DNA from: a virus
Lineage: Duplodnaviria; Caudoviricetes
Length of the DNA stretch: 64,000 nt
Direction: 5' to 3' (one strand)
IMG/VR virus record: IMGVR_UViG_3300022594_000001
The notes under the pieces were generated by a model, which was given only the letters and a program-made list of their open reading frames with translations, ran no database searches and was not told the DNA's origin. Numbering within the stretch: position 1 is the first letter of the stretch; each line of letters begins with the position of its first letter. Shown one piece after another: positions 9,603-19,681 of the stretch. The translations under genes were made by a program, and so were the position numbers.

Positions 9603-10694
9603 ATGCAAAAAATCTCAACATATTTATATCCAAACAGGATACAACTATTAGCCGATTTGGCGGGCTTCAATGTGGAGTATACAAACGTGTATCAAAGAAC
9701 AGTAAAGATTTATCAGGGCGTTGATAATGTTCTAGAATTTGACATCAAGAACGCAGACGAGAAGCGAATAGAATTAGTTACGAGCCCAGTAATTACAGAT
9801 ATTGCATTAAACGTTATGGATGCAAGCGGTAATGCCCTACCAACTAGTCCATATACTGTAACACCTAGCACAACAATCACAGGCATTGCAACTGTCACAA
9901 TTCCTAGCGCAGATTTAGAAGGGTTAACCTCTCAATTTTTAACGTATAGTGTAACTGCTACAAAAGATACAGCTACTATTCCTTTATACGGAGATAGTAG
10001 ATTTGGATTAAATGGAACAATTGAGTTAATCACCGATGCTATGCCAAAAGCTCGTCCTTCGAGAGTTATAAAAGACTTTGCAGCAGAAATCGATTTGCAA
10101 GGACGCCCAATTTATCATAGCAGTAGCATTCCTGCAAAATTCTATGAAGCAGTAAAAACTGAAACTTTGTCATTTGATATTCACGTAACTGGATTTGTAG
10201 GTTCAATTTGGATTGACGCAGCAACCAGTGATACAATTAGTGTTGAATCATGGAGGGCTGCTGGACGCCCATTCGGAACTTGGATTTGGAGTGGAGACTT
10301 GTTTACTGGTACTATACCATTTGCAACAACAGTTCCAGTAGGCGACTACGCTTATTTTAGAGTATCATATCAAACACCTACCTTTAACGGAATGGGTGCT
10401 ATTTTTGATGTTACACGCACTGGTGGTAATTACAATGTTACTATTAGTAAAGGTGGAACAGGTTACGGCGCTGGCGCAATTATTCGAGTTCCGGGAAGTT
10501 TATTAGGCGGCGTTGATGTTACAAACGACTTGTTCATAAACGTTACTGGATTAGAAGGTGGCGGCAATTCTAGCTATGTTGTAAGCTCAATTACAACTAT
10601 AACCCATACAGGAACAGCCGCAGCCGGTACTGGAACTTATACAGTTTCGGGTACTAATTATGCCGGAATAGTTGACTCTGTAACAGTGAGTTAG
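9603..10694 (+). CDS. putative virion structural protein
   Basis: CATAAATA late-type promoter upstream; Thr/Gly-rich beta-type C-terminus. Confidence 0.55.
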   Translation: MQKISTYLYPNRIQLLADLAGFNVEYTNVYQRTVKIYQGVDNVLEFDIKNADEKRIELVTSPVITDIALNVMDASGNALPTSPYTVTPSTTITGIATVTIPSADLEGLTSQFLTYSVTATKDTATIPLYGDSRFGLNGTIELITDAMPKARPSRVIKDFAAEIDLQGRPIYHSSSIPAKFYEAVKTETLSFDIHVTGFVGSIWIDAATSDTISVESWRAAGRPFGTWIWSGDLFTGTIPFATTVPVGDYAYFRVSYQTPTFNGMGAIFDVTRTGGNYNVTISKGGTGYGAGAIIRVPGSLLGGVDVTNDLFINVTGLEGGGNSSYVVSSITTITHTGTAAAGTGTYTVSGTNYAGIVDSVTVS

Positions 10695-10700
10695 TATAAT
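10672..10700 (+). promoter_or_regulatory. sigma70-type promoter, leaderless start
   Basis: TTGACT-17-TATAAT, ATG 5 nt downstream. Confidence 0.8.
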
Positions 10701-10705
10701 GGGGT

Positions 10706-11719
10706 ATGAGCCTCATTATCGAAACAATACAAGCATACTTACCTCCTAAGCGAAAGGTTACACTTAGCGGCTGGACAAGTTTCAATGCCCCTTGCTGTAG
10801 CGATAAAAAACAACGAGGCGGCCTTATTATTAATGCAGGCGAAGCTGTAAGTTATCATTGTTTTAATTGCGGCTTTAAAGCAAGTTGGCAACCGGGTAGG
10901 CACATTAGTCAAAAGATGAATAAACTAATGCGGTTGCTTAACATCCCAGACGATGTTATTAATCAATTACGCCTAGAAGCACTTCGATTAGATGAAAATA
11001 ATAACACAGTAATCCGAAGCATCATTCCTAAATTTGAAGAACGCACTTTACCAGAAGGTGCAAAAAGTTTAGAGGCATGGGGCAATTGGATTGAATTACA
11101 GGGTCCGGAAAATACAGAGCAGAGTTTAATTGATGCATTTTGTTACTTACGCAATATCCGTGGTTTAGATCCGTATGCGGCAGAATACTACTGGACTAAT
11201 AAAGTAGGATTCAAAAATAGAATTATTATACCGTTTACATATCAAGGTAAACTAGTTGGTTACACCGCAAGAGCAATTAAACCAGAAATTAGTCCTAAGT
11301 ATCTAAGTGAACAACAGCCAGGATATGTGTTTAATTTAGATGCACAAACGTTTGATCGTGAATTCGTAATTGTTTGCGAAGGCCCATTTGATGCGATAAG
11401 TATTGACGGATGTGCATTGCTAGGTGCAGAAATTAAAGATAGTCAAAACTGGTTGTTAAAGCAACTAGGCAAAGAAATTATTCTAGTACCTGATAGAGAC
11501 GAAGCAGGCAAAGCAACACTAGAAAAAGCGTTAGAATATGGATGGTCAATTAGTATGCCTGATTGGCCCAACAATGTTAAAGACGTTAACGATGCTGTAC
11601 TAAAATTAGGTAGACTAGCAACGTTATGGTTAATAGTTAGTGCAAAAGAATCGAATAATCTTAAAATTCAATTGCGAGCTAAAAAATGGTTTAAGGATAA
11701 CAATGAAGAAACTAATTGA
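10706..11719 (+). CDS. DNA primase (gp61-like)
   Basis: Zn ribbon (CC..HCFNC), TOPRIM CEGPFDA, DRDEAG, KDVND. Confidence 0.9.
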   Translation: MSLIIETIQAYLPPKRKVTLSGWTSFNAPCCSDKKQRGGLIINAGEAVSYHCFNCGFKASWQPGRHISQKMNKLMRLLNIPDDVINQLRLEALRLDENNNTVIRSIIPKFEERTLPEGAKSLEAWGNWIELQGPENTEQSLIDAFCYLRNIRGLDPYAAEYYWTNKVGFKNRIIIPFTYQGKLVGYTARAIKPEISPKYLSEQQPGYVFNLDAQTFDREFVIVCEGPFDAISIDGCALLGAEIKDSQNWLLKQLGKEIILVPDRDEAGKATLEKALEYGWSISMPDWPNNVKDVNDAVLKLGRLATLWLIVSAKESNNLKIQLRAKKWFKDNNEETN

Positions 11720-11816
11720 TTTTATTTTAACACCTTGGCACAAGTGGCAAGAGCATCGAGCTTATAAAAAGCGTATTGCAGAATTGCGTAAACGTGATCC
11801 ATTTATCTACAAATGA
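11703..11816 (+). CDS. small basic protein (37 aa)
   Basis: MKKLIDFILTPWHKWQEHRAYKKRIAELRKRDPFIYK fills gap with overlaps. Confidence 0.65.
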   Translation: MKKLIDFILTPWHKWQEHRAYKKRIAELRKRDPFIYK

Positions 11817-12769
11817 TTAGTTGGGGTATAAACGCTTTAAATCACGGCAGTAGCCTTGCTGTGTTTAAGAATGGCGAATACATAGACGGCTTTGTATCTC
11901 CTAATGATAATTTAGATCCTAATCAATTTAAATTAAATTTAGAATATCAAGGACCTCCGGATCGTATTTTCTGGTATGAACGTCCGTGGTTAAAGAAAGC
12001 TCGCCAACTGTATGCAGGGCAATACCGAACTGCATTTAGTTTAGACAATTTGCCTAGTACAAATTTAAAAAAGTGGGGCCTAGGATATGCACCTGTTACT
12101 TATACTTCTCATCATGGCAGTCATGCTGCCGCGGGATATTACACTAGCCCGTTTAACCATTGCGCAGTTGTTGTGCTTGATGCTATTGGTGAGTTCGAGT
12201 GTGCAACTATATGGAATTGCGTACACGGTGAAATGAAGAAGGTGTGGAGTAGAAGTTATCCACATAGCCTTGGATTATTTTACAGTGCATTTGCACAATT
12301 TGTTGGATTAACTCCTATTAGAGACGAATATCTATTAGAACAGATGGCTGCTCGAGGTAATCCAAGCGAGTTCCTACGTTATGTTAAAAGCTATTTTGAA
12401 TTTGGAGATACACTAAATTGCAATACAAACTTCCATCGCGGAGTTTTGCATTGGGACTTAAATGAACTAACTACATTGCAAGAACAGTGTGATTTAGCAG
12501 CAGCAGTACAGTGGGTCTTTGAAGATCAAGTGTATGCAGTAATGAAAAAAGCAAAAGAACTAACAGGAGCAGACTGTTTAGTTTATATGGGTGGCTGCGC
12601 TATGAACGGTACTGCTAATAAAAAATGTGTCGAACCAATGTTTAAATATCGGTGGAGTTTACCAAACCCGGGAGACCCGAGTAGTGCAATGGGCGCGGTA
12701 TTGTACCATACTAAAACACGAGTATGGAAGGACTGGGATACCGTCAAACACCTTGAGATTAAAGTTTAA
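11813..12769 (+). CDS. carbamoyltransferase (NodU/CmcH) N-terminal domain
   Basis: HHGSHAAAGYYTSPF, DAIGE, SLGLFYS, GGCAMN, GDPSSAMG; no C-terminal domain. Confidence 0.85.
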   Translation: MISWGINALNHGSSLAVFKNGEYIDGFVSPNDNLDPNQFKLNLEYQGPPDRIFWYERPWLKKARQLYAGQYRTAFSLDNLPSTNLKKWGLGYAPVTYTSHHGSHAAAGYYTSPFNHCAVVVLDAIGEFECATIWNCVHGEMKKVWSRSYPHSLGLFYSAFAQFVGLTPIRDEYLLEQMAARGNPSEFLRYVKSYFEFGDTLNCNTNFHRGVLHWDLNELTTLQEQCDLAAAVQWVFEDQVYAVMKKAKELTGADCLVYMGGCAMNGTANKKCVEPMFKYRWSLPNPGDPSSAMGAVLYHTKTRVWKDWDTVKHLEIKV

Positions 12770-12787
12770 AGAGCATAAAATAATAAG

Positions 12788-14221
12788 ATGAAACAGAATA
12801 CAGATTACGGTTACGAAATACAAAAATTATATTTAGAAATGATGTTAGCAGATGCTGGAACATTTGCTCGTTGCCAAAGTATCTTTGATCACACACTTTT
12901 TGATAGAAAGTTGCAGATGCCTGCAGAATTTATTAATGAGTATATTAAATCTCATAGTGTAATGCCTACTGAAGAAATTATCAATGCGGCGTGTGGCACA
13001 GAGTTTAAAATTAGTCATGATTTAAGAGAAGAACACTTTGACTGGTTAATGAATGACTTTGAAACATTTACTAGACATAAAGGACTAGAGAGGGCTATTT
13101 TAGAGTCAGCCGACTTGTTAGAAAAAGGTGACTATGGTCCTGTAGAAGAAATGATTAAAAAAGCAGTACAGGTCGGACTTACTAAAGACATGGGTACTGA
13201 TTATTTTGAAGATCCACGTGCTCGTCTAATGAAGATTAAAGATAAGAACGGACAAATTAGTACTGGCTGGAAGAGCTTAGATGACAAATTATTTGGCGGC
13301 ATGAACCGCGGTGAACTTAACATTTTTGCAGCAGCATCCGGTGGTGGTAAGTCTTTATTCTTAGCTAACTTAGGATGCAACTGGGCACTGCAAGGGCTTA
13401 ACGTAATTTACTTAACATTCGAACTTTCAGAAGAACTTGTAGGTATGCGTGTTGACTCTATGATGACTGGGGTACCAAGTCGAGAAGTGTTTAAGCAAAT
13501 CGATGATGTTGAAATGAAGGTTAAGATCCTAGGTAAAAAGTCAGGACATTTTCAGATTAAGTACATGCCAAGTGGTAAGACAGCAAACGATATTCGTGCA
13601 TATTTAAAAGAATATGAAATTAAAATGGGTCACAAAGTAGATGTATTGCTAGTAGACTACTTAGACTTGTTAATGCCGATTAGTATTAAAATTAGTCCAG
13701 AAAATTTATTCATTAAAGACAAGTACGTATCAGAAGAACTGCGTAACTTGGCAATGGAAAAGCAATGTATTTTTGTAACAGCATCACAGTTAAATCGTAG
13801 CGCCGTTGAAGAAGTTGAATTTGATCACAGCCATATTTCAGGTGGTTTGAGTAAGATTCAAACGGCAGATAATGTGATTGGTATCTTTACTAGTCGTGCA
13901 ATGCGTGAACGTGGTCGTTATCAAATTCAGTTGATGAAAACACGTAGTTCAAGTGGTGTAGGTATGAAGTTAGATTTAGAGTTTAACGTTGACTCACTGC
14001 GTATTACAGATTTAGCTGAAGAAGATAGTTACGGAAATTCTAGTTCCGCTAGTGCAGGTAGTGCGTTATTAGCTAGTATTAAAAATCGACAAACAGTAGA
14101 TGGAGATACTGGAGAGATTAATCCAAACTCACTAGTGCCTGCTCCAAAAGTTAAAGCTAACATAGAAAGTAGTAAACTTAGACAGTTGATTAATAATTTG
14201 CCGGGTGACGAAGAGTTGTAA
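12788..14221 (+). CDS. replicative helicase (gp41/DnaB)
   Basis: ASGGGKS, VDYLD, TASQLNR, KTR motifs. Confidence 0.93.
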   Translation: MKQNTDYGYEIQKLYLEMMLADAGTFARCQSIFDHTLFDRKLQMPAEFINEYIKSHSVMPTEEIINAACGTEFKISHDLREEHFDWLMNDFETFTRHKGLERAILESADLLEKGDYGPVEEMIKKAVQVGLTKDMGTDYFEDPRARLMKIKDKNGQISTGWKSLDDKLFGGMNRGELNIFAAASGGGKSLFLANLGCNWALQGLNVIYLTFELSEELVGMRVDSMMTGVPSREVFKQIDDVEMKVKILGKKSGHFQIKYMPSGKTANDIRAYLKEYEIKMGHKVDVLLVDYLDLLMPISIKISPENLFIKDKYVSEELRNLAMEKQCIFVTASQLNRSAVEEVEFDHSHISGGLSKIQTADNVIGIFTSRAMRERGRYQIQLMKTRSSSGVGMKLDLEFNVDSLRITDLAEEDSYGNSSSASAGSALLASIKNRQTVDGDTGEINPNSLVPAPKVKANIESSKLRQLINNLPGDEEL

Positions 14222-14286
14222 TATTGTTGTAACATGGTTTTGTTACAATATCAATAAATACGCATATAACTACAAAGGAACTCACT

Positions 14287-14730
14287 ATGGAACTGCACCA
14301 CATCAAAGACATCAACGATCCTCTAGCACAGGTAATCAAAGATGATCCTGTGCGTCCACATATTCCTCTAGAACAGCGTGTAAACAATCTTGCTGAAATT
14401 TTATTATTGAAAGCAGGAGAGGAAATCTTAGCAGCCACTTGTATGCAATTTACTAAAGACATCCCAGAAGATGAGCAGGATCTTATTGATCTTGCTGAAT
14501 CAAATGATATTGCAGTATTTTATACTATTTGGAGTTATAAGCCAGGCGCTGGACAGCAACTAATTAAGCAAGCAGCAGAATGGTTGTTGAGAGACTATAA
14601 GGACATTAAGTCAATAGTTACACTAAGTCCCCAGACAGAAATGGCTAAACGTTTCCATACTAAAAATGGAGCAAAAACACTTAGACAAAACGAAACAAGT
14701 GTAAACTATCAATACTACAGCAAAGAATAA
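14287..14730 (+). CDS. GNAT-like hypothetical protein
   Basis: YTIWSYKPGAGQQLI, FHTKNGA resemble GNAT motifs. Confidence 0.45.
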   Translation: MELHHIKDINDPLAQVIKDDPVRPHIPLEQRVNNLAEILLLKAGEEILAATCMQFTKDIPEDEQDLIDLAESNDIAVFYTIWSYKPGAGQQLIKQAAEWLLRDYKDIKSIVTLSPQTEMAKRFHTKNGAKTLRQNETSVNYQYYSKE

Positions 14731-14754
14731 AAAAGCACCCTAGGGTGCTTTTTT
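14729..14754. terminator. bidirectional terminator
   Basis: AAAAAAGCACCC-TA-GGGTGCTTTTTT between convergent genes. Confidence 0.85.
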
Positions 14755-14755
14755 G

Positions 14756-15826
14756 TTAACCTGGTAATCTTGGTTGTTGTAGAGCAGCTTGTGGTTCTGC
14801 ACTTTGCTCTTCAGGTGGAGCTTCGGCTGGACGTTTTTCATTAGTCCAATATTGTGATAAATTATCTTTAAGTTTTTGCAGTTCTTTTCTTGGATCGTAC
14901 TGTAACTTTTGGATTCCTTCTTCTTCAGCTGGCTCGCCAATTTCTTGAGCGTTTGCTAACCATCCTTTTGATAAATCGTCCCATAGATACGGAAAACGCT
15001 CTTTGATAATTTTTGGATCTACCATGCGATCTAAATTATCGCGGAAGTTAGCAGATTGTGGACTAGTCGATGAGTCAAATTGATATTTTTCTTGATAAGT
15101 CTTACCGCCCAAACGTCCAGTAGTATCTGGCTGCGGATCAACTTTTGGTAGTAGTCCTAATAAAGGGGCTCTGCTACTGTAAGTTTTAAAATTATGATCA
15201 CTGCTACTGTTAGCAGTACAGAATGTGGCACCTTTCCCGTATGCAATAGCAGCAGGACGATTCTGTAGGTAATAAATCTTGTATTCGGGTGTATCAGCAA
15301 GCAATACACTTCTAGCACTCTTTAACATAGCAGCCATCGCAGCAGTTTGACGTACATCTTGTAGTGCTTCTGCATAATGCTGTACCATGTAACGGTGTAG
15401 AGCTTTAACGCCTTTATATTTGCCAATTTCACTATGGCGTGGATCTAACATGTTACGATTCTTTAAAATAGTAAAATCACGCAATGCAGGACCCATTTCG
15501 CCTTCGATGTCTTCCCAGATGTCTGCTCCATTAGAATAGTTCTGAGCAATCCACATATGGTATTGTCCGTTACGTCCGTAAACAATACCCTCGTAACCTT
15601 GGCGTTCGATTTTATCTAATTGCTCAACAAACCACTTAGCAACATCTTCGTCGGGCATTTTATTGAACTTATTTTGCAATGCATAATTCATAGTAGGGCT
15701 TGGATCAGTACGCAATCCATTGGCAATACCTGCAACAAGATTCTTGTTTGCAAGTACATTAGAGCCGCCCTTACTAACGGCATTTTCGTCAAGTCTTACT
15801 GACTCAAAAAGTTCTCTTAAAAACAT
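14756..15826 (-). CDS. putative head-internal protein
   Basis: N-terminus MFLRELFE, capsid-targeting-like. Confidence 0.65.
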   Translation of the reverse strand: MFLRELFESVRLDENAVSKGGSNVLANKNLVAGIANGLRTDPSPTMNYALQNKFNKMPDEDVAKWFVEQLDKIERQGYEGIVYGRNGQYHMWIAQNYSNGADIWEDIEGEMGPALRDFTILKNRNMLDPRHSEIGKYKGVKALHRYMVQHYAEALQDVRQTAAMAAMLKSARSVLLADTPEYKIYYLQNRPAAIAYGKGATFCTANSSSDHNFKTYSSRAPLLGLLPKVDPQPDTTGRLGGKTYQEKYQFDSSTSPQSANFRDNLDRMVDPKIIKERFPYLWDDLSKGWLANAQEIGEPAEEEGIQKLQYDPRKELQKLKDNLSQYWTNEKRPAEAPPEEQSAEPQAALQQPRLPG

Positions 15827-15827
15827 A

Positions 15828-17741
15828 TTATTCTGAAATACTAAACAATTTTGCTCTTACAAAGTTTAGCAATTCACCTAATTCCTTTGCTTGGCCGTTT
15901 ACAATGTTAACCTTAAATTCATTCTTACCTGCTTCATCCATGCCGCCTGTAATTTCACGGATACCTGAACTAATTAAAGAATTATATGAAGACAACGGAC
16001 TATTCCATCCTTGCCACTGTGGGTTAGGACTATCTAATGCTGTAGACATTGCTTGAATTTTCTTACCAGCACGAGTTAGTTTTTCAACAGCATCATAATT
16101 ACCACCTTGTGCTAAACGTTGAATACGTGGGCCAAGTTGTCCAATTGTTTGTTGTAATAGTTTTGATAGTACTGGTTTTATTTTTTCACCGACTTGTTCG
16201 TCTGATGGAATTGCTTGTTGTTGAATAGTTTGGCGAGTTTTAACCTTAGCACGTTCAACAGCACCGGTAGCACGATAAGCACGTACAACAGGACCAATAC
16301 GATCACGTAGTACTTGGAATAAGTTAGGGGCACCACCTTCCATAGCACTTGATCCGCCAGTAGCATCCATACGTCCCATGCGATACTTAGCAATTTCACT
16401 TTCAGCGCCGTCACCTGTTGACCATACAACTACGTAAGGCAATGTTGTATCACGTTCTTTGCTACGTGATTGATCCCAACGCTTTTCTTCTGGCTTAACA
16501 CCTGCTACACCATTTGTACCAACGATGATACAGAAGTTGTCCTTATTGCTCTTAATAGTAACGGCAATATTTTTAGTATCGGCAGGAATTTCTTCGTAGT
16601 TAGGATCAATGTTTTGATGCCCTGGACGATTACGTAAACCGCCTGATGCTAGTTTATGACGACTGTGTAGTGCATGAACTAATTGGTTTGCACCTGGAGT
16701 TTGTCCTAGTAACTTTGCTAATGTACTTTCATCTAAAATAGCTTCTTCTAATTGACTTTTAAAAATATCATCAACTAGTGCTGTTTCTTCTAAGTTATCT
16801 AGTTTGGTAGTTAAGTAGCGAATCTGTTCGCTAATGCTGCTAAATTTCATTTGAGTGCCCTCGTTTAATCTCTTTGGAATTAATGCGCCGAATTCGTCAC
16901 GATCAGATTCTTCTTCGTCATTGTGTCCTAATTGTTTTTGTGATCCATGTTCTACCGCAGACTGCTCCGGGTATGCATAGATATACCAACCTGCGCCGTC
17001 ATGTACTACATGAAAGCGAGTATTCTCTGTACGGAATTCACGTACTTGCGGCTTATAATTGCCCATGCCATAACCACTATAGTCAATATCTAACTCTGGT
17101 AATGATTCGGCATTTTTTTGTAACCACCCTAATACTGCTTTAACTTCACGCTCGCTATTAGCCATTGTGCTAATGGTAAGAATATCATGATGGGGTGTTG
17201 TAGTAAACATGCTGAATAGGTCTTGTCCCATTCCGCGAATTTGTCTATGTTGGAATCCTGGCAAGTTTTTAATACCGTGCCATTTAGGGTATACTTGTCC
17301 TGCCGCTTGAAGTGCTTGACTAATGTTTGCTACTTCATGGCGTGTTAGTGCCGGTAAGTTATCAGGACGAACATGATCTGGATCACCTTCGTTATTTTCT
17401 AATCCTGCTAGCCTACGTGCTTCCTCATCACTAATATCACCTGGACGATCAATACGATTTAAACGATTAAGCATATTACGCATATCGTCAGGTACGCTAG
17501 CACCTTGTACTGCACGACGAGTTTCATCGCCGCTAGCACGGTCTAATTCTGGCGCCCTACTGCGCTCAGGATCTGCTGGACGTCTTGGTTGATCATTAGG
17601 GCCAGCAGGTAAATGCTCAGGCCCTTGCTGAGGAATATCAAATTTTGGTGCTTGCGGACGATCTTGCGCAGGACGTTCCTGGCGAGAATCGCCTTCTGGT
17701 TTACGTTTACGCTGTGGCTCGTTGTCGTCATGAGTAGGCAT
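15828..17741 (-). CDS. large hypothetical virion-type protein
   Basis: 637-aa ORF, TAAATA upstream; possible in-frame internal start at 16850. Confidence 0.7.
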   Translation of the reverse strand: MPTHDDNEPQRKRKPEGDSRQERPAQDRPQAPKFDIPQQGPEHLPAGPNDQPRRPADPERSRAPELDRASGDETRRAVQGASVPDDMRNMLNRLNRIDRPGDISDEEARRLAGLENNEGDPDHVRPDNLPALTRHEVANISQALQAAGQVYPKWHGIKNLPGFQHRQIRGMGQDLFSMFTTTPHHDILTISTMANSEREVKAVLGWLQKNAESLPELDIDYSGYGMGNYKPQVREFRTENTRFHVVHDGAGWYIYAYPEQSAVEHGSQKQLGHNDEEESDRDEFGALIPKRLNEGTQMKFSSISEQIRYLTTKLDNLEETALVDDIFKSQLEEAILDESTLAKLLGQTPGANQLVHALHSRHKLASGGLRNRPGHQNIDPNYEEIPADTKNIAVTIKSNKDNFCIIVGTNGVAGVKPEEKRWDQSRSKERDTTLPYVVVWSTGDGAESEIAKYRMGRMDATGGSSAMEGGAPNLFQVLRDRIGPVVRAYRATGAVERAKVKTRQTIQQQAIPSDEQVGEKIKPVLSKLLQQTIGQLGPRIQRLAQGGNYDAVEKLTRAGKKIQAMSTALDSPNPQWQGWNSPLSSYNSLISSGIREITGGMDEAGKNEFKVNIVNGQAKELGELLNFVRAKLFSISE

Positions 17742-17780
17742 GCATAATCCTTAGTGTATTAGTTATTTAGCAGTTTACGC

Positions 17781-18356
17781 TTAATCAATTTCCGCATTGA
17801 ACTGCCCGCGTACAAACACGTTCCACGCTAGGCTAATACGTGGTTTAGACCCTGTATTCTTTTCAACCCAATGATCCGTTTCGCTAGGAAACATAAAACA
17901 ATCACCTGTTTCTGGCTTTTCTAGCCACTGGTTTGCGTTCCATAGAGTTGTTTCTTTACGGTCTAAATTAACACGGGGTTTCTTATCGTTTAACCATACA
18001 ATCTCACCACCTGAATCTGGATCAGCATCTAAGTAAATAACCCCTGATGCTAGGTTGTTTGGATGCCAATGTCTATGGTGACTTTGCCCTGGATTATTCC
18101 TGTTGAGCCACGAACTAGTCATCATTATTTCGTACTCTTCCGTTACTGCCAACACGCCATAAACATAGTTGCAAGTAACTTCGAAACAAATCTTGTTTAT
18201 TTCTGCAAACTCGGGCTTACGTAGTATCCACTGATCCTTGGATATTTCATTCTTTTGATTGTTAGTCCACTCAATGTTTGATAAGTCCGGCATTACAATG
18301 TTGTAATGATCCTTTAAAACTGGCGTACTGAACAGCGGTAGTATAGTTGAATTCAT
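17781..18356 (-). CDS. 2OG-Fe(II) oxygenase
   Basis: SWLN, HWHPNN, FPSETDHWV, RISLAWN. Confidence 0.85.
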   Translation of the reverse strand: MNSTILPLFSTPVLKDHYNIVMPDLSNIEWTNNQKNEISKDQWILRKPEFAEINKICFEVTCNYVYGVLAVTEEYEIMMTSSWLNRNNPGQSHHRHWHPNNLASGVIYLDADPDSGGEIVWLNDKKPRVNLDRKETTLWNANQWLEKPETGDCFMFPSETDHWVEKNTGSKPRISLAWNVFVRGQFNAEID

Positions 18357-18398
18357 CTTAACCTTATAAATACTTTTTGTTATACTACTTATTAGACA

Positions 18399-18644
18399 GT
18401 GTTATACCTACCTGAATATCATGAATTTAAGTACATAGCACGTTGCAACTGGCCAAGACCTCAACCACAGATGGATTGGATAGATGCTGTGCTTACGTTA
18501 GAACACTGGCTAAAAGAATACGTAGGTCCGCACTATCAACGATGGGCGTGGACAACAGAACAAGCGCAAACAACATACGAAGCATGTGTTGCGTTTAAAT
18601 GGGAAAAACATAAGACATTATTTTTATTAAGATGGTCAGAGTAA
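18399..18644 (+). CDS. small FxLRW-family protein
   Basis: HWLKEYVG...LFLLRWSE. Confidence 0.65.
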   Translation: MLYLPEYHEFKYIARCNWPRPQPQMDWIDAVLTLEHWLKEYVGPHYQRWAWTTEQAQTTYEACVAFKWEKHKTLFLLRWSE

Positions 18645-18778
18645 AACGATTTTTTAACGCATGGTATCGCCCTGAAGTGCATCTTGAAAGAGAGGACTGG
18701 ATCTACATAGCCATCCTGTCAGTAGGAGCATTCTATGCTTTTGCTATCGGATTGATTATCGGATTCTTATGGTGTAAA

Positions 18779-18988
18779 TTATTGTAAACGTTCGGCTACC
18801 ACGGTTTCAAATGGAAGATTTGGATGGTGGTTATAAAAGTCAGTAATGACTTGATCGTTTAGCAACACAAGCACACCTGTACTAGCATTATAGTTGTAGT
18901 CTTTAGGCGTATAGTTCTTAATCCAAAACCAGGGTTGGTATTGGATCCATTGTCCTTCGTCTAATTGAATTTGTGCAATGTGGTTCAT
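18779..18988 (-). CDS. hypothetical protein
   Basis: TATAAATA 5 nt before ATG. Confidence 0.65.
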   Translation of the reverse strand: MNHIAQIQLDEGQWIQYQPWFWIKNYTPKDYNYNASTGVLVLLNDQVITDFYNHHPNLPFETVVAERLQ

Positions 18989-19045
18989 ACTAATATTTAT
19001 ATCATAATTAGCTAAACTGTACCCAAGCTATGAATAAGTATTGGT

Positions 19046-19678
19046 ATGATAGAACCTAGACATTTTAAAGGGCAAGTTGGCTATTGGCTAAGTCAATTAC
19101 CCGCAGAGCAAATGGCTCCTGTATGGGACGAAATTAACGAACTTGAACCTACAGTACCACTTAATGAACCCCACGGTGTTAACCACAAGTTTGATCTCAA
19201 GCGTAGTAGGGATCATGTAGCAGATATTGTTGCACAACACATTGGGCAGTTTAACTATGAAAACAGTTGGCCCAATGACTTAAATGTGCTAGGTGAACCT
19301 AGACCCTTAAAGTTATACAACCTATGGGTTAACTTTATGAGCAAGTACCAATACGAACCGATACACGATCACGGTGGTGTAATGAGCTTTGTTATTTGGC
19401 TACGTGTTCCTTACACAATTGCAGAAGAAGCAGCGGCTCGCCCATATGTTCCGCCACAATATAATACGTCAGGTTGTTTTGGATTACACAGCATTAATAG
19501 TCTAGGACGAGTGCAACATAATGTGTTACCTGTAGATAAAACTTGGGAAAATGTAATCTGTTTGTTCCCAGCAAGAATGCAACACTCAGTATTCCCGTTT
19601 TACTCTAGTGATGAACTACGTGTAAGTATTGCGGGTAATTTTTATTTCGACGGCAGCAAAGAAGCAAAGCAAGGATAA
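19046..19678 (+). CDS. 2OG-Fe(II) oxygenase
   Basis: LWVNF, PIHDHGG, HSVFPF, RVSIAGN. Confidence 0.85.
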   Translation: MIEPRHFKGQVGYWLSQLPAEQMAPVWDEINELEPTVPLNEPHGVNHKFDLKRSRDHVADIVAQHIGQFNYENSWPNDLNVLGEPRPLKLYNLWVNFMSKYQYEPIHDHGGVMSFVIWLRVPYTIAEEAAARPYVPPQYNTSGCFGLHSINSLGRVQHNVLPVDKTWENVICLFPARMQHSVFPFYSSDELRVSIAGNFYFDGSKEAKQG

Positions 19679-19681
19679 TAC

